Shown here: positions 40,285 to 49,596 of the stretch, one piece after another | Layout of the letters: the number at the start of each line of letters is the position of its first letter | Numbering within the stretch: the first letter of the stretch is position 1 | Assembly: GCA_965263355.1 (NCBI GenBank) | Contig: CBDHHL010000056.1 | Span: 1,216,001 to 1,280,000, forward strand | Direction: 5' to 3' | DNA: 64,000 bases | From: Leptolyngbyaceae cyanobacterium | GTDB lineage: Bacteria > Cyanobacteriota > Cyanobacteriia > Phormidesmidales > Phormidesmidaceae | Notes under the pieces: generated by a model | The model's database searches: none | Seen by the model: the letters and a program-made list of their open reading frames with translations, nothing else | Told to the model about the DNA's origin: nothing | Position numbers and translations under genes: made by a program

Positions 40285-40569
40285 ATGCCGATTTACGTTG
40301 GCCATTTGAGCAATGAAGTCACACAGGATGACCTGATTCAACTTTTTGAGGAGTACGGCACAGTCAAAAGTGTTTATTTACCCACAAACAAAGAAACAGG
40401 CCAGCCACGTGGCTCTGCGTTTGTGGAGATGAAAACCGATACAGAAGAGGCCAAAGCTATAGAGGCTCTGAATGGTTCTAAGTTGATGGGACGAAATATT
40501 AAAGTTAGTAAGGCAAAGCCTCCTAAGCAAGAAGATTCCTCTGAAGGTGATCGGAAAAAGAATCAATGA
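40285..40569 (+). CDS. RRM RNA-binding protein (Rbp family)
   Basis: IYVGHL (RNP2) and RGSAFVEM (RNP1). Confidence 0.93.
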   Translation: MPIYVGHLSNEVTQDDLIQLFEEYGTVKSVYLPTNKETGQPRGSAFVEMKTDTEEAKAIEALNGSKLMGRNIKVSKAKPPKQEDSSEGDRKKNQ

Positions 40570-40613
40570 GTTTTGTGTCCCCTTCAGACTTTAGTTTCTC
40601 TGACAATTAATAA

Positions 40614-41444
40614 ATGTTTCCTATGAAGTATATTCAACCATCAGTTGATTGCTCTAGATTCTTTTATGTAATTTCCCATGAGCGATCTGGCACTCATTTT
40701 TTGATTAACAGTATTCGAATGAATAGTGCTATTGATCTGGATTATCTATCTGTTGGCGAATGGTTTGGTCCTTATGATCAGCCTCAGACTCAATTTGAGC
40801 ATATTGATAGATGTTTTGATTCGCTTAGCTCTGAACGCCACTATATTTTGAAAAGTCATTGCGATCGCGCCCTATTCGAGCAACGCTACCCACAAAGCAA
40901 AGTCGTTTATATTATGAGAGACTATCGAGATGTTCTAGTCTCTTATTATCATTTTCTAGATGCCCATCTAGACCGGGCTCGAAAACATAATCCGGAAATT
41001 TCTCAGCTGTGGTTTACAACATTTTCCGAGTTTATACGATGTCCAATACCTGATTTCTTAAGGTTTAACTATTCCCTTTATGGAAATTTCTCATCTCCAA
41101 TAGAACGATGGCTAAATCATGTGCTGCACTGGCTCAGAAATCCGAATGATCTGATCAAAATCGTTACCTACAGACAGCTCTACTTATATGCCCAAGAAAC
41201 CATCCAGGAAATATTAGGTTTTCTAGAGTTACCCAGTCGAAAGGTCTTCACTCGTCCAACATTTGACAATGCCTACTCCGTTATGCCTAGAAAAGGAATC
41301 ATTGGAGACTGGAAAAACCACTTTACTATTGAAGATGCAGATTTCTTAAACGCGTTTATTCTAGAATACTGTCCTTTAATTGACCAATATTCTCAAGATG
41401 TTAGCACGATAGCCCGTGAGGCAAGCCTTAAAGTAGCTGCATAA
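40614..41444 (+). CDS. Sulfotransferase domain protein
   Basis: SHERSGTH, KSH, RDYRDVLVS, RKGIIGDWKNHF. Confidence 0.9.
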   Translation: MFPMKYIQPSVDCSRFFYVISHERSGTHFLINSIRMNSAIDLDYLSVGEWFGPYDQPQTQFEHIDRCFDSLSSERHYILKSHCDRALFEQRYPQSKVVYIMRDYRDVLVSYYHFLDAHLDRARKHNPEISQLWFTTFSEFIRCPIPDFLRFNYSLYGNFSSPIERWLNHVLHWLRNPNDLIKIVTYRQLYLYAQETIQEILGFLELPSRKVFTRPTFDNAYSVMPRKGIIGDWKNHFTIEDADFLNAFILEYCPLIDQYSQDVSTIAREASLKVAA

Positions 41445-41508
41445 AAAGTTAATAGCACTGTCTCATCTTAGAAGAATATTGGTAATACTTAAGCCCCTTA
41501 CGTAACAG

Positions 41509-41534
41509 CCATATCATCCAAACGGATGATATGG
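41509..41534. promoter_or_regulatory. Palindromic operator (11-bp arms)
   Basis: CCATATCATCC AAAC GGATGATATGG. Confidence 0.75.
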
Positions 41535-41715
41535 AATACTTCAAAATTCAACCTTGCGATGGATGATTTTCCCTAGTCGTAGGTGCTTAAATAGGCATCT
41601 CCCAATATAAAAAGGAAAGCACTTTAGTCTAGGGAAGAGCCTACCAATCTATCTCAATACTTTGGATGCGTTCCTAAATCTAACTCTCTATACGCCTAGC
41701 TTTGGAGACCTCTTC

Positions 41716-42015
41716 ATGTCGGTTTATGTTGGCAATTTATCTTATGACCTTACAAAGGATGATCTGACGCAACTTTTTGCAGAATACGGTACCGTTAAAA
41801 GCGTTCACATACCTAAAGATAGAAAAACTGGTCAGCAGCGAGGTTTTGCTTTCGTTGAGATGGCAACTAATGAGGAAGAGGCTACAGCTATAGAGACTTT
41901 GAATAAGTCCGAGTTTATGGGACAAAAGATAAAAGTCAACTCTGCTAAGCCTCGTAAGCAAGGAACTAGTTCGAAAAAGAAGAAGGACGTTTCTGACAGC
42001 AATCAAGGTTGTTGA
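41716..42015 (+). CDS. RRM RNA-binding protein (Rbp family)
   Basis: MSVYVGNL, RGFAFVEM; TTTGGAGAC leader box upstream. Confidence 0.93.
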   Translation: MSVYVGNLSYDLTKDDLTQLFAEYGTVKSVHIPKDRKTGQQRGFAFVEMATNEEEATAIETLNKSEFMGQKIKVNSAKPRKQGTSSKKKKDVSDSNQGC

Positions 42016-42044
42016 TAATCCTGCAAGGGTAAGGATGCATTGTA

Positions 42045-42386
42045 GTGGTGCATAAAATACCAAATGACTCCGATATGCGAGTTACTAGTATCCGTTTTGA
42101 GAGAGAGCTTATCGATAAGCTGAAAACTCTGGCAGATAAACGCGGGTATCAATCACTCGTAAGAGACGTGCTGTGGGATTATGTGCGTCAGCATTCGGAT
42201 GATCCTGGTTCCCAAATACAGCGCCAGCAAATCAGAGTGATTATGGCAGCTGATGCTCAACGTCGTGAGCGTTGCGCTTTAACAGGCACCATTATTGAAC
42301 CTGAAGAGGAAATGTGGTTAGCATTGACAACAGATTATGAGTTGGTATCGTTAAACATTGATAGCTTGTTAAATGATCTTGATTAG
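42045..42386 (+). CDS. Ribbon-helix-helix (CopG-like) protein
   Basis: TSIRFERELIDKLK...GYQSLVRDVL. Confidence 0.7.
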   Translation: MVHKIPNDSDMRVTSIRFERELIDKLKTLADKRGYQSLVRDVLWDYVRQHSDDPGSQIQRQQIRVIMAADAQRRERCALTGTIIEPEEEMWLALTTDYELVSLNIDSLLNDLD

Positions 42387-42511
42387 TTGAAAAAGTTGTT
42401 CCAAAGGCTCTCGATATGTCTGCGTTTCGCAAAACTGAATTAGACTACTCACTCAAGCTTACTCAAGGGAACTCGGCAGAAGTTTTTGATTCCTAAAACG
42501 TATGAATTGAG

Positions 42512-42529
42512 ATCATCCAAACGGATGAT
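42512..42529. promoter_or_regulatory. Palindromic operator
   Basis: ATCATCC AAAC GGATGAT. Confidence 0.7.
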
Positions 42530-42844
42530 TTTACAGAGACTAGTTTAGGCCATAGGGCAGATCCTTTCTGTAACTGAATGTAGTTTGATAAAGGTACCCA
42601 AACAAATTTAATACATTCAGCCAGAGGGAATATGATTAAAGCCAATCGCTTTGATCATTTAAAGTTACCTCGAATGGGAATATAACAATAGACTATTCCT
42701 CTCAGAAATAGAGTTCTGATAGTCTCATAAAGCTAGATTCACAGTCACGGGCTATTCTGGTGTGGAAGGATAGCCTTTTCCTTCACGTAATTATTCTAGG
42801 CTCAACTGGTGGTTTAACCTTACGCTTCTCAAAAAAGAGGTCAA

Positions 42845-43321
42845 ATGGAACTTTGGACTCAAATGGATACCAATGCTGTACCTCTCCATGAGTACTGTGC
42901 TACAGCTGATAAGTTATGTGTCGGTGTTGTGGGTTACTCGGACCAACAATTTAATGATAAGAATGCTTTATCAGTGCTTCAGCACTCGTTTGATTATCTT
43001 TGTCAGGCAACTAATATTGAAGTTGTATCTGGACTAACGCGCAAAGGTATCCCTGAGCTTGCTTATGAGGAGGCTGTTAAGCGAGGTTGGAGAACAGTGG
43101 GAATTGCATGTATCAAAGCGTTTGAATATCCTTGCTTTCCTGTTAATGAAAGAATCATTGTCGGTATTAATTGGGGTGATGAAAGCACCACTTTTCTTAA
43201 AATGATCGATGTTTTGATTCGCATCGGTGGAGGCAAGCAGTCTCATCATGAAGCTTACTTGGCAAGATTTCAAGGTAAGTATGTTATGGAATTTGACCTA
43301 CCGGCTTTGTTGTCGGCTTGA
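42845..43321 (+). CDS. SLOG-superfamily (LOG/DprA-like) protein
   Basis: VGVVG, VVSG..G, VGI, IGGG..S..E pattern. Confidence 0.55.
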   Translation: MELWTQMDTNAVPLHEYCATADKLCVGVVGYSDQQFNDKNALSVLQHSFDYLCQATNIEVVSGLTRKGIPELAYEEAVKRGWRTVGIACIKAFEYPCFPVNERIIVGINWGDESTTFLKMIDVLIRIGGGKQSHHEAYLARFQGKYVMEFDLPALLSA

Positions 43322-43442
43322 TACAAGTCCTTGGTGAATACTAAAAATTCCTCTTTTCTTTATTGAAGGAGCTGTACGCATCCATTACAGTCGCTTTAGC
43401 ATTGCTTGGATTACTGTTCGAAGATATGTGTTTTTGGTAAAT

Positions 43443-43460
43443 ATCATCCTTTCGGACGAT
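43443..43460. promoter_or_regulatory. Palindromic operator (one mismatch)
   Basis: ATCATCC TTTC GGACGAT upstream of 43552. Confidence 0.6.
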
Positions 43461-43551
43461 GGGATGCACAAAACTTTATCCGCAGGGTAGAGGTAAATTT
43501 TGAAGGTCTGTATTGTAATAGTGTTAGACTCATTGGTGAGGTAGGTCAGCG

Positions 43552-43755
43552 ATGAATAGTTTTCCTTGTTGCTCAGCGTCCCTATTACAGCATGTGCGTG
43601 GTTGTGAAATTTATTGGTTCTGTCGCCAGTGCTATGCAGAAATGCCTAACTTGAGTGACTTTATGCGATCGCAAGCCCATACGTTTACTAATACCCACTT
43701 ACCTCAGCTGCAATTAGTCAAGAATCACGCTTTAGGGATAGCATACGTGGCTTAA
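43552..43755 (+). CDS. Small Cys-rich (zinc-ribbon-like) cyanobacterial protein
   Basis: PCCS..LL.H.R....YWFC..C..EMP; GAGG RBS. Confidence 0.7.
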   Translation: MNSFPCCSASLLQHVRGCEIYWFCRQCYAEMPNLSDFMRSQAHTFTNTHLPQLQLVKNHALGIAYVA

Positions 43756-43988
43756 TCCCATAATTACCTGACCCGTCCGGGTATTTCCCAAGCGAGTCGT
43801 TTCAAAGTTTATGCCTACGAGCTTCCCGCTTCTACATCCAGGAGCGGGATTTTCTTTAAGGAGGAGAAATATGGTTATTTCATACGCTCATCAGCTGATT
43901 TGAAGCTCATCACTTCTCTATGCAAGAACCATAACGTTGTTGATGTAGTCAAAAAATGGGCTCAGTCGCTATCTCATAGGAGAGCGTT

Positions 43989-46073
43989 TTGATAATGGAA
44001 CAATTTTCTGTCTGGTTAACAGTGGATCCTATTGTGTCATTTACAATTCTGCTACTAGCCAGTTTAACGGTTCCACCTCTGGTAGAAAAACTACGATTGC
44101 CAGGGTTGGTTGGACTACTATTAGCCGGAATCATCTTGGGACCCCATGGTCTAGGTTGGCTCAAGGCTGAGAGCGAAACTGTGAAATTGCTTTCAGATAT
44201 TGGCAAAGTGTACCTGATGTTTGTGGCAGGCCTCGAAATTGATATGCAAGCCTTTCGCAAAACTCGAAATCGTTCACTAGCTTTTGGGCTATTGACCTTT
44301 GCCATCCCACTGATCACAGGAACAGCTCTGGGGTTAGGTCTGAATATGGGTTGGAATGCTGCTATTTTACTTGGCTCTTTGCTAGCATCCCATACATTGC
44401 TGGCCTATCCGCTATTACAACGATTAGGTGTTGTACATAATCAGGCCGTCACAATTACCATAGGAGCCACAATCTTTACAGATATTGGGGCATTGTTGGT
44501 ACTGGCTATTTGTGTCTCAATTTATCAAGGCTCATTTACCTGGTTCCGTTTACTAATTCAACTAGTAATCTTGGGACTTTACGCTGCATTAATCTTGATT
44601 GGCTTGGATCGTCTAGGTAAAACTTATTTCCGCCGCAGTGGTAATGATGAAGGAAACCAGTTCCTATTTATTTTACTCGCACTCTTTGTATCGTCTGTTG
44701 GCGCACAGGTGATCCAAACTGAAAATATTGTGGGTGCATTTTTAGCCGGTTTAGCCGTTAATGATGTACTGGGTAAAAGCACAGTTAAAGAGAAAGTTGA
44801 ATTTGTTGGGACTGTTCTATTCATTCCTTTTTTCTTTATAGCGATGGGGCTATTGATTAATGTACCTGTATTTATTAGAGTTCTTTTGACTGACACGACA
44901 ACTGTTGCTGCTGTGGTTGCAGGGCTGATTGGCAGCAAATTTATTGCCGCCTGGTGTATCAAACAACTTTACAGCTATTCTTGGGTCGAGACCTTCACCA
45001 TGTGGTCTCTCTCATTGCCCCAGGTAGCGGCTACCCTGGCAGCAGCGCTTGTAGGTTATCAAGTAGGGCTTTTGTCAGAGGCTGTTTTTAATAGCATCAT
45101 TGTACTGATGCTTGTCACGTCTACATTAGGACCCGTTTTAACCCACCGTTATGCCCGTCATTTGTCAGTTCCAGATCGGCCACTGCCATTTATGACGCTA
45201 CCTATTTCTCAATCTAGTCGAAAAGCTGGTCCAGTCTTACCTTCGTTTAATGTTGTCGTTCCAGTTTATAATCCGGAGACAGAAGCTTATCTAGTAGAAA
45301 TGGCTGGACGACTAGCACAGCAACAGCATGGAAAACTGTTCCCATTGGCTATTGCTCAGCCAGTAACATCTCTGCATGACCCAACATTTACTAAGATTCT
45401 TCAACAAACACATCGACTCTTAACGCAGGCTACTGATATTGGTCAGCGTTTAGGTGTTCCAACTCATTCCCTACTTCGAATAGATCGCGATATTGCTAAT
45501 GGTATTTGCCATCACAGTTGTGAACAATCAGCTCAACTGATCGTAATGGGCTATGGCGATATGACAACGCTACAAGCTCGTCTATTGGGCAGTACTGTAG
45601 GTCAAGTCTTTGACTATAGTACTGCACCGGTAGCGGTTATGAAGTTGCTCCAGTCTCCATTACAACTACAACGGGTTATCGTCCCTATTTGGGATATCCG
45701 TCCATATTTCAACGCTCAAATTAAATTTGCTCAACACGTTGCTGCTGCTACTCAGACCATAGTCACTGTGCTCTATATCTGTTCTCCTCAAGCAACGGCC
45801 TCAGAACAAATGCTCTATTCGCATCAGATTCGACGGGTTCTGAATAGACAATCTTCTACAACTGATAACTCATTACCTAAGATTAAAATCAAAGTCGTGC
45901 CTCATAATGATGTTTCCATGATTGTTCTTCGATTTACACAATTGAGGGATTTAGTGGTGTTACACGGTCGAGATTTAATACTAGTCCGAGAAATACCTAC
46001 CAGTGAGTGGGGGACAACCCTACTACAAAAACTGACTTGTTCAGTTGCTTTATTTAAGGAACCAACGCTGTGA
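43989..46073 (+). CDS. CPA2 cation/H+ antiporter with C-terminal USP-like domains
   Basis: Many TM helices, LGPHGLG, GAFLAG, FIPFFF; soluble USP-like tail. Confidence 0.9.
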   Translation: MIMEQFSVWLTVDPIVSFTILLLASLTVPPLVEKLRLPGLVGLLLAGIILGPHGLGWLKAESETVKLLSDIGKVYLMFVAGLEIDMQAFRKTRNRSLAFGLLTFAIPLITGTALGLGLNMGWNAAILLGSLLASHTLLAYPLLQRLGVVHNQAVTITIGATIFTDIGALLVLAICVSIYQGSFTWFRLLIQLVILGLYAALILIGLDRLGKTYFRRSGNDEGNQFLFILLALFVSSVGAQVIQTENIVGAFLAGLAVNDVLGKSTVKEKVEFVGTVLFIPFFFIAMGLLINVPVFIRVLLTDTTTVAAVVAGLIGSKFIAAWCIKQLYSYSWVETFTMWSLSLPQVAATLAAALVGYQVGLLSEAVFNSIIVLMLVTSTLGPVLTHRYARHLSVPDRPLPFMTLPISQSSRKAGPVLPSFNVVVPVYNPETEAYLVEMAGRLAQQQHGKLFPLAIAQPVTSLHDPTFTKILQQTHRLLTQATDIGQRLGVPTHSLLRIDRDIANGICHHSCEQSAQLIVMGYGDMTTLQARLLGSTVGQVFDYSTAPVAVMKLLQSPLQLQRVIVPIWDIRPYFNAQIKFAQHVAAATQTIVTVLYICSPQATASEQMLYSHQIRRVLNRQSSTTDNSLPKIKIKVVPHNDVSMIVLRFTQLRDLVVLHGRDLILVREIPTSEWGTTLLQKLTCSVALFKEPTL

Positions 46074-46173
46074 TGATATCAGTCAATCTAAAGGACGATA
46101 GCAGTTAGCGTTGGTTTCAAATTTCGCATCATCCGCTGCCCTTGTTCACGCAATTGTTTTGCGGTTATTCGCG

Positions 46174-46785
46174 TCAAATTTTGCTTGTCCACGTTCGTAA
46201 CCCCTGCATGATCATATCGATGGACACTGTTCCGACGTAAAGTGCAGTTACACGACCCACAATTTCGACATATCGCTGAATTAACTTCTCACGCGTCGAA
46301 CGGACATAGTCATAAAGTGTTTTCAGAAGAATCATCACGAAAACAGAGATTGACAAGGCAGCCATGATAGTGCCGCAAGCCGCAAGTGGTTGAAGTCTCT
46401 TACCTATAACTACACTTGCGCTTAACGTGCCAGGTCCAATGAGTACAGGCATCGCGATCGCCCCAGCAAGCTGTTCGGATTCGCCGCGTAAGATTTCAAT
46501 TGCTGTCGGCCCACGAAAAAAAAATTGGAGACCGATCAACAAGAAAATAATCCCACCGAATATTTGAAAGGATGCAAATTCGGCTTGTATGATGCTTGAA
46601 AAAATCGCATCACCAGCGAGGGCGAAACAATTGAAGACTAACGCCGCAATGATTGAGGCACGGATGAGGACCGAGCGGAATATCCTTGCTTCGACGGTTT
46701 GAATGACATCTAGAAGGTAGATAACCACGAGAAAAGGGTTAAGCAGGGCGAGCAATAATGAAATCGCTCGAATTACATCGGACAT
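46174..46785 (-). CDS. MarC family membrane protein
   Basis: LLNPF, FQIFGGII, MPVLIGPG. Confidence 0.9.
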   Translation of the reverse strand: MSDVIRAISLLLALLNPFLVVIYLLDVIQTVEARIFRSVLIRASIIAALVFNCFALAGDAIFSSIIQAEFASFQIFGGIIFLLIGLQFFFRGPTAIEILRGESEQLAGAIAMPVLIGPGTLSASVVIGKRLQPLAACGTIMAALSISVFVMILLKTLYDYVRSTREKLIQRYVEIVGRVTALYVGTVSIDMIMQGLRTWTSKI

Positions 46786-47224
46786 TTGAATTCAGCCAAA
46801 AGTTACGAAGTTCAACCGTCTCCAAGAACTTATAAATATTGTACCTGCAAGAATTGCAAGCCTTATTAAAACTCGTTACTATCTTGTCGGCTGTAATGAA
46901 GATTTAGGGTGTAACAACCAGTAAAAAATCTTAACATACAAGTACACTGCCGCCGCTACTCCCTAACTATATATTCAGCGTCAGATCAGACAGATAAGCT
47001 CCGTAATCCTGCAATCTTATCTGTCATTTTTGGATGATATGAGATTTCTCCAAAAGAAGATAAATCACTATAGTATCTCAAGTATTTTTGGTGGCTTTTT
47101 ATTCAGGCTCGCTACCCAGTAGGTTATCTTTATTCTCCTTAAGAACTTCCCATAGAGTACAAATCTTCCGATAGGCATCTTCTACAGAAAGCTTTCCACT
47201 TGTTTGTAGTGCACAGATAGTAAC

Positions 47225-47363
47225 GGGCACTGGTTCCGTGTAATGGGAAAAATGCCTGAAAGGCCTATAGAGTAACGATTTGAGCGATCTTCTCCCAGAT
47301 CGGCTGTATCCCTTGCATTACAAGCGTTTTGGCTGAATCATCCCATCAGGCGGAACCAGTCCC
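47225..47363. mobile_element. MITE-like element (about 139 bp)
   Basis: Terminal IR GGG(C)ACTGGTTCCG / CGGAACCAGTCCC with inner ATGGGA / TCCCAT. Confidence 0.55.
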
Positions 47364-47450
47364 TAGATTAAGACTGTTGAAAAAACACCTATGCCCTAAT
47401 AGAGTTTACTTGTGCTGTATGAAGGCATGAGTCGTTGTAAAAATGCATCT

Positions 47451-48443
47451 TTAAGGATATTGCCAGTATTCACTCTCTAAATGATTAATGATTTTTTCAG
47501 CAAAGGCTTCTCCGGTAAAAATTTCAGCATCCCAGAGCCCGCCGGTACTAAAAACATTAATTTCAATCAGCAGATTGTTCATAAAGTCGAGTCCTACTAG
47601 AAAAAGGCCATCTTGCACTAGTTTAGATCCTATGGCTGTTACGATTTTACGCATTTCATCAGTGATCGTAGCCGGTTGAGCTTGTCCACCAGCATGGGTA
47701 TTGCTGCGAAAATCACCCTTAGCTGGAACTCGTCGAATCGCACCAGCTTTGTCATTAATTTCGAGTATATTCCCGTCAAAAACAACAACACGGGTATCTC
47801 CAGCATCTGCGCCAGGTAGGCAACGTTGAACCATGACCAGTCCTTGACGCAGAATTACATCCATGATTTGATTCAGGTTTTTATCTTGTGCTGACGCTAC
47901 AAAGAAGACATCATTGCCACGAGTTCCTTGAAGTGGTTTTAGAACAACAGGATCATTCAGGCGGCGGATAAAGTCGATGATTTCAGCCCGGTTTTGGCTA
48001 ACCAACGTCTCTGGTCGAGTAAACGCAGGTAGCTCCAACAGGTATAGCTTGGTTGATGCGCGAATGAGACCATCGGGCTGGTTAATCACGCAAACTCCTT
48101 GATCTTGGCACTGACGGGCCAAAGCCAGAGCAGCATGGTGGGCAGCTGCATGATGCAGATCTCGCGCTGGATTGGTGCGAATAAACAGAATATCTGTTTC
48201 GGATAGGGATCTGCTGGTGGGTTGGGTTTTCGAGATATCTTTGACTAAAATCTCTAAATCCCTAATTTCATTGGTTAGGCATCGAACCTGAGCCCATGGT
48301 TGACCGTCTGGTTGACAAGATAAATACCTGACACCTGTGATACTCACTTGGTGTCCTCGATGGATGGCAGCGCTAATTAGTATAGCAGTAGTTTGATCAG
48401 GCTGTATGTCGGTTGGGTCGTTGACCAGAAATGTAATCTTCAT
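47451..48443 (-). CDS. Glutathione synthetase-like ATP-grasp ligase (GshB paralog)
   Basis: IRTNP, VLKPL, GDTRV, DFRSN, GLD..EINV. Confidence 0.85.
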   Translation of the reverse strand: MKITFLVNDPTDIQPDQTTAILISAAIHRGHQVSITGVRYLSCQPDGQPWAQVRCLTNEIRDLEILVKDISKTQPTSRSLSETDILFIRTNPARDLHHAAAHHAALALARQCQDQGVCVINQPDGLIRASTKLYLLELPAFTRPETLVSQNRAEIIDFIRRLNDPVVLKPLQGTRGNDVFFVASAQDKNLNQIMDVILRQGLVMVQRCLPGADAGDTRVVVFDGNILEINDKAGAIRRVPAKGDFRSNTHAGGQAQPATITDEMRKIVTAIGSKLVQDGLFLVGLDFMNNLLIEINVFSTGGLWDAEIFTGEAFAEKIINHLESEYWQYP

Positions 48444-48456
48444 TGAGGTGAGTACT

Positions 48457-49596
48457 TTAATGGACCGCTAAATGTTCCAGGGTTGGAGCCTCTGGATTCT
48501 TCTCTTCGATGCTCGTATGGAAGAAATGGTTATCGGGGGTTGCGATCGCACCCAAATTCAAAATTCTGGCTCCTGTTTGAGCCACTGGATTCACACTTTT
48601 ACCAATCACAATACCTCTGCTGGGGGCTCGATACTGGCCAATAACCTCTCCAAAAATATTACGCTGTTGAGCAATGACCTGATCCGCTTCAACCAATTCT
48701 GTAGGCTTTGGCAGTACCTCCAAGAGGCCGCCCTGATCCGCATATATCCAATCAGAGCTTTCACATAAAACTGGTGGTGGTCCTGCACTCACGGTACGGC
48801 GAGGCAGCATGCCAATCTCAGACATTACCCGCCGCACACCGCTGAGAGATGCCTTAATATGTCGTAGTTGAAATACCTGCGGATCACCAATTTCGACAGT
48901 AATTGCAGGAATTCCTAAATCCATCGCTGTTCCTCGCAAGGTACGATCCGACGGCTCATTGTGCAGAATGATCTGTGGTCTTTGCAAATACGCCATCTTG
49001 GCCGTTACTTCATTGGTCATGTCGGCCCGCACGTAAAGTGAATTGATATTGCCAAAGCTGGCTGTATGTAAATCAATCAAATACTCAAAGTTGCGAACAA
49101 TACGGTTAACAAAGCGATGGGCATAAATTTCAGCAATGCTTCCGTTCGACTTCCCCGGCATCACGCGGTTCATATCAGTGCGGTCGTCAAAGGTGCGCGC
49201 ATTGTTGAGATACGCAGGAACATTCACCACAATCACCCCAACAACAGTTCCCCGTAAGGCTTTTAGGTCTAAGGTTTCAAACAAACGGTGAATGACTGGA
49301 ATACCGTTAAGTTCATTACCATGCAGGGCTGCAGTTAGTCCAAGAATCGGACCTGGGTGTTTGCCTCGCCCCACCATAACTGGCAAGCGAAGCGTTCGCC
49401 CCAATCCATCATTAATCAGATCAACTAGTAACCTTGAGCAAGCAGCCTGAGGCCATTGCTCAAGATTCAATTCCTTCACAACATAGGCACCCGGAAAATC
49501 TAGAGACGGTCGGCTACTCATGGTTTCCTTACACCTACATATCTTGGACATCTGCGTTGGAGCAATCTGGATAACAGCATGCTTACAAATCAACAC
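48457..49596 (-). CDS. Succinylglutamate desuccinylase/aspartoacylase (M14-like) family protein
   Basis: HGNELNG, DMNR, DLH, EIG; start may be 49521. Confidence 0.9.
   Translation of the reverse strand: MLICKHAVIQIAPTQMSKICRCKETMSSRPSLDFPGAYVVKELNLEQWPQAACSRLLVDLINDGLGRTLRLPVMVGRGKHPGPILGLTAALHGNELNGIPVIHRLFETLDLKALRGTVVGVIVVNVPAYLNNARTFDDRTDMNRVMPGKSNGSIAEIYAHRFVNRIVRNFEYLIDLHTASFGNINSLYVRADMTNEVTAKMAYLQRPQIILHNEPSDRTLRGTAMDLGIPAITVEIGDPQVFQLRHIKASLSGVRRVMSEIGMLPRRTVSAGPPPVLCESSDWIYADQGGLLEVLPKPTELVEADQVIAQQRNIFGEVIGQYRAPSRGIVIGKSVNPVAQTGARILNLGAIATPDNHFFHTSIEEKNPEAPTLEHLAVH

Noticed and set aside
43891..43911. Additional Thr core site (TCAGCTGATTTGAAGCTCATC)
   Set aside because: Spacing is not 7 bp and no arm motifs are nearby; chance similarity is plausible
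47451..48443. Housekeeping gshB
   Set aside because: Divergent motifs (RTNP, EINVFSTGG) and island context suggest a paralog, so no symbol was given
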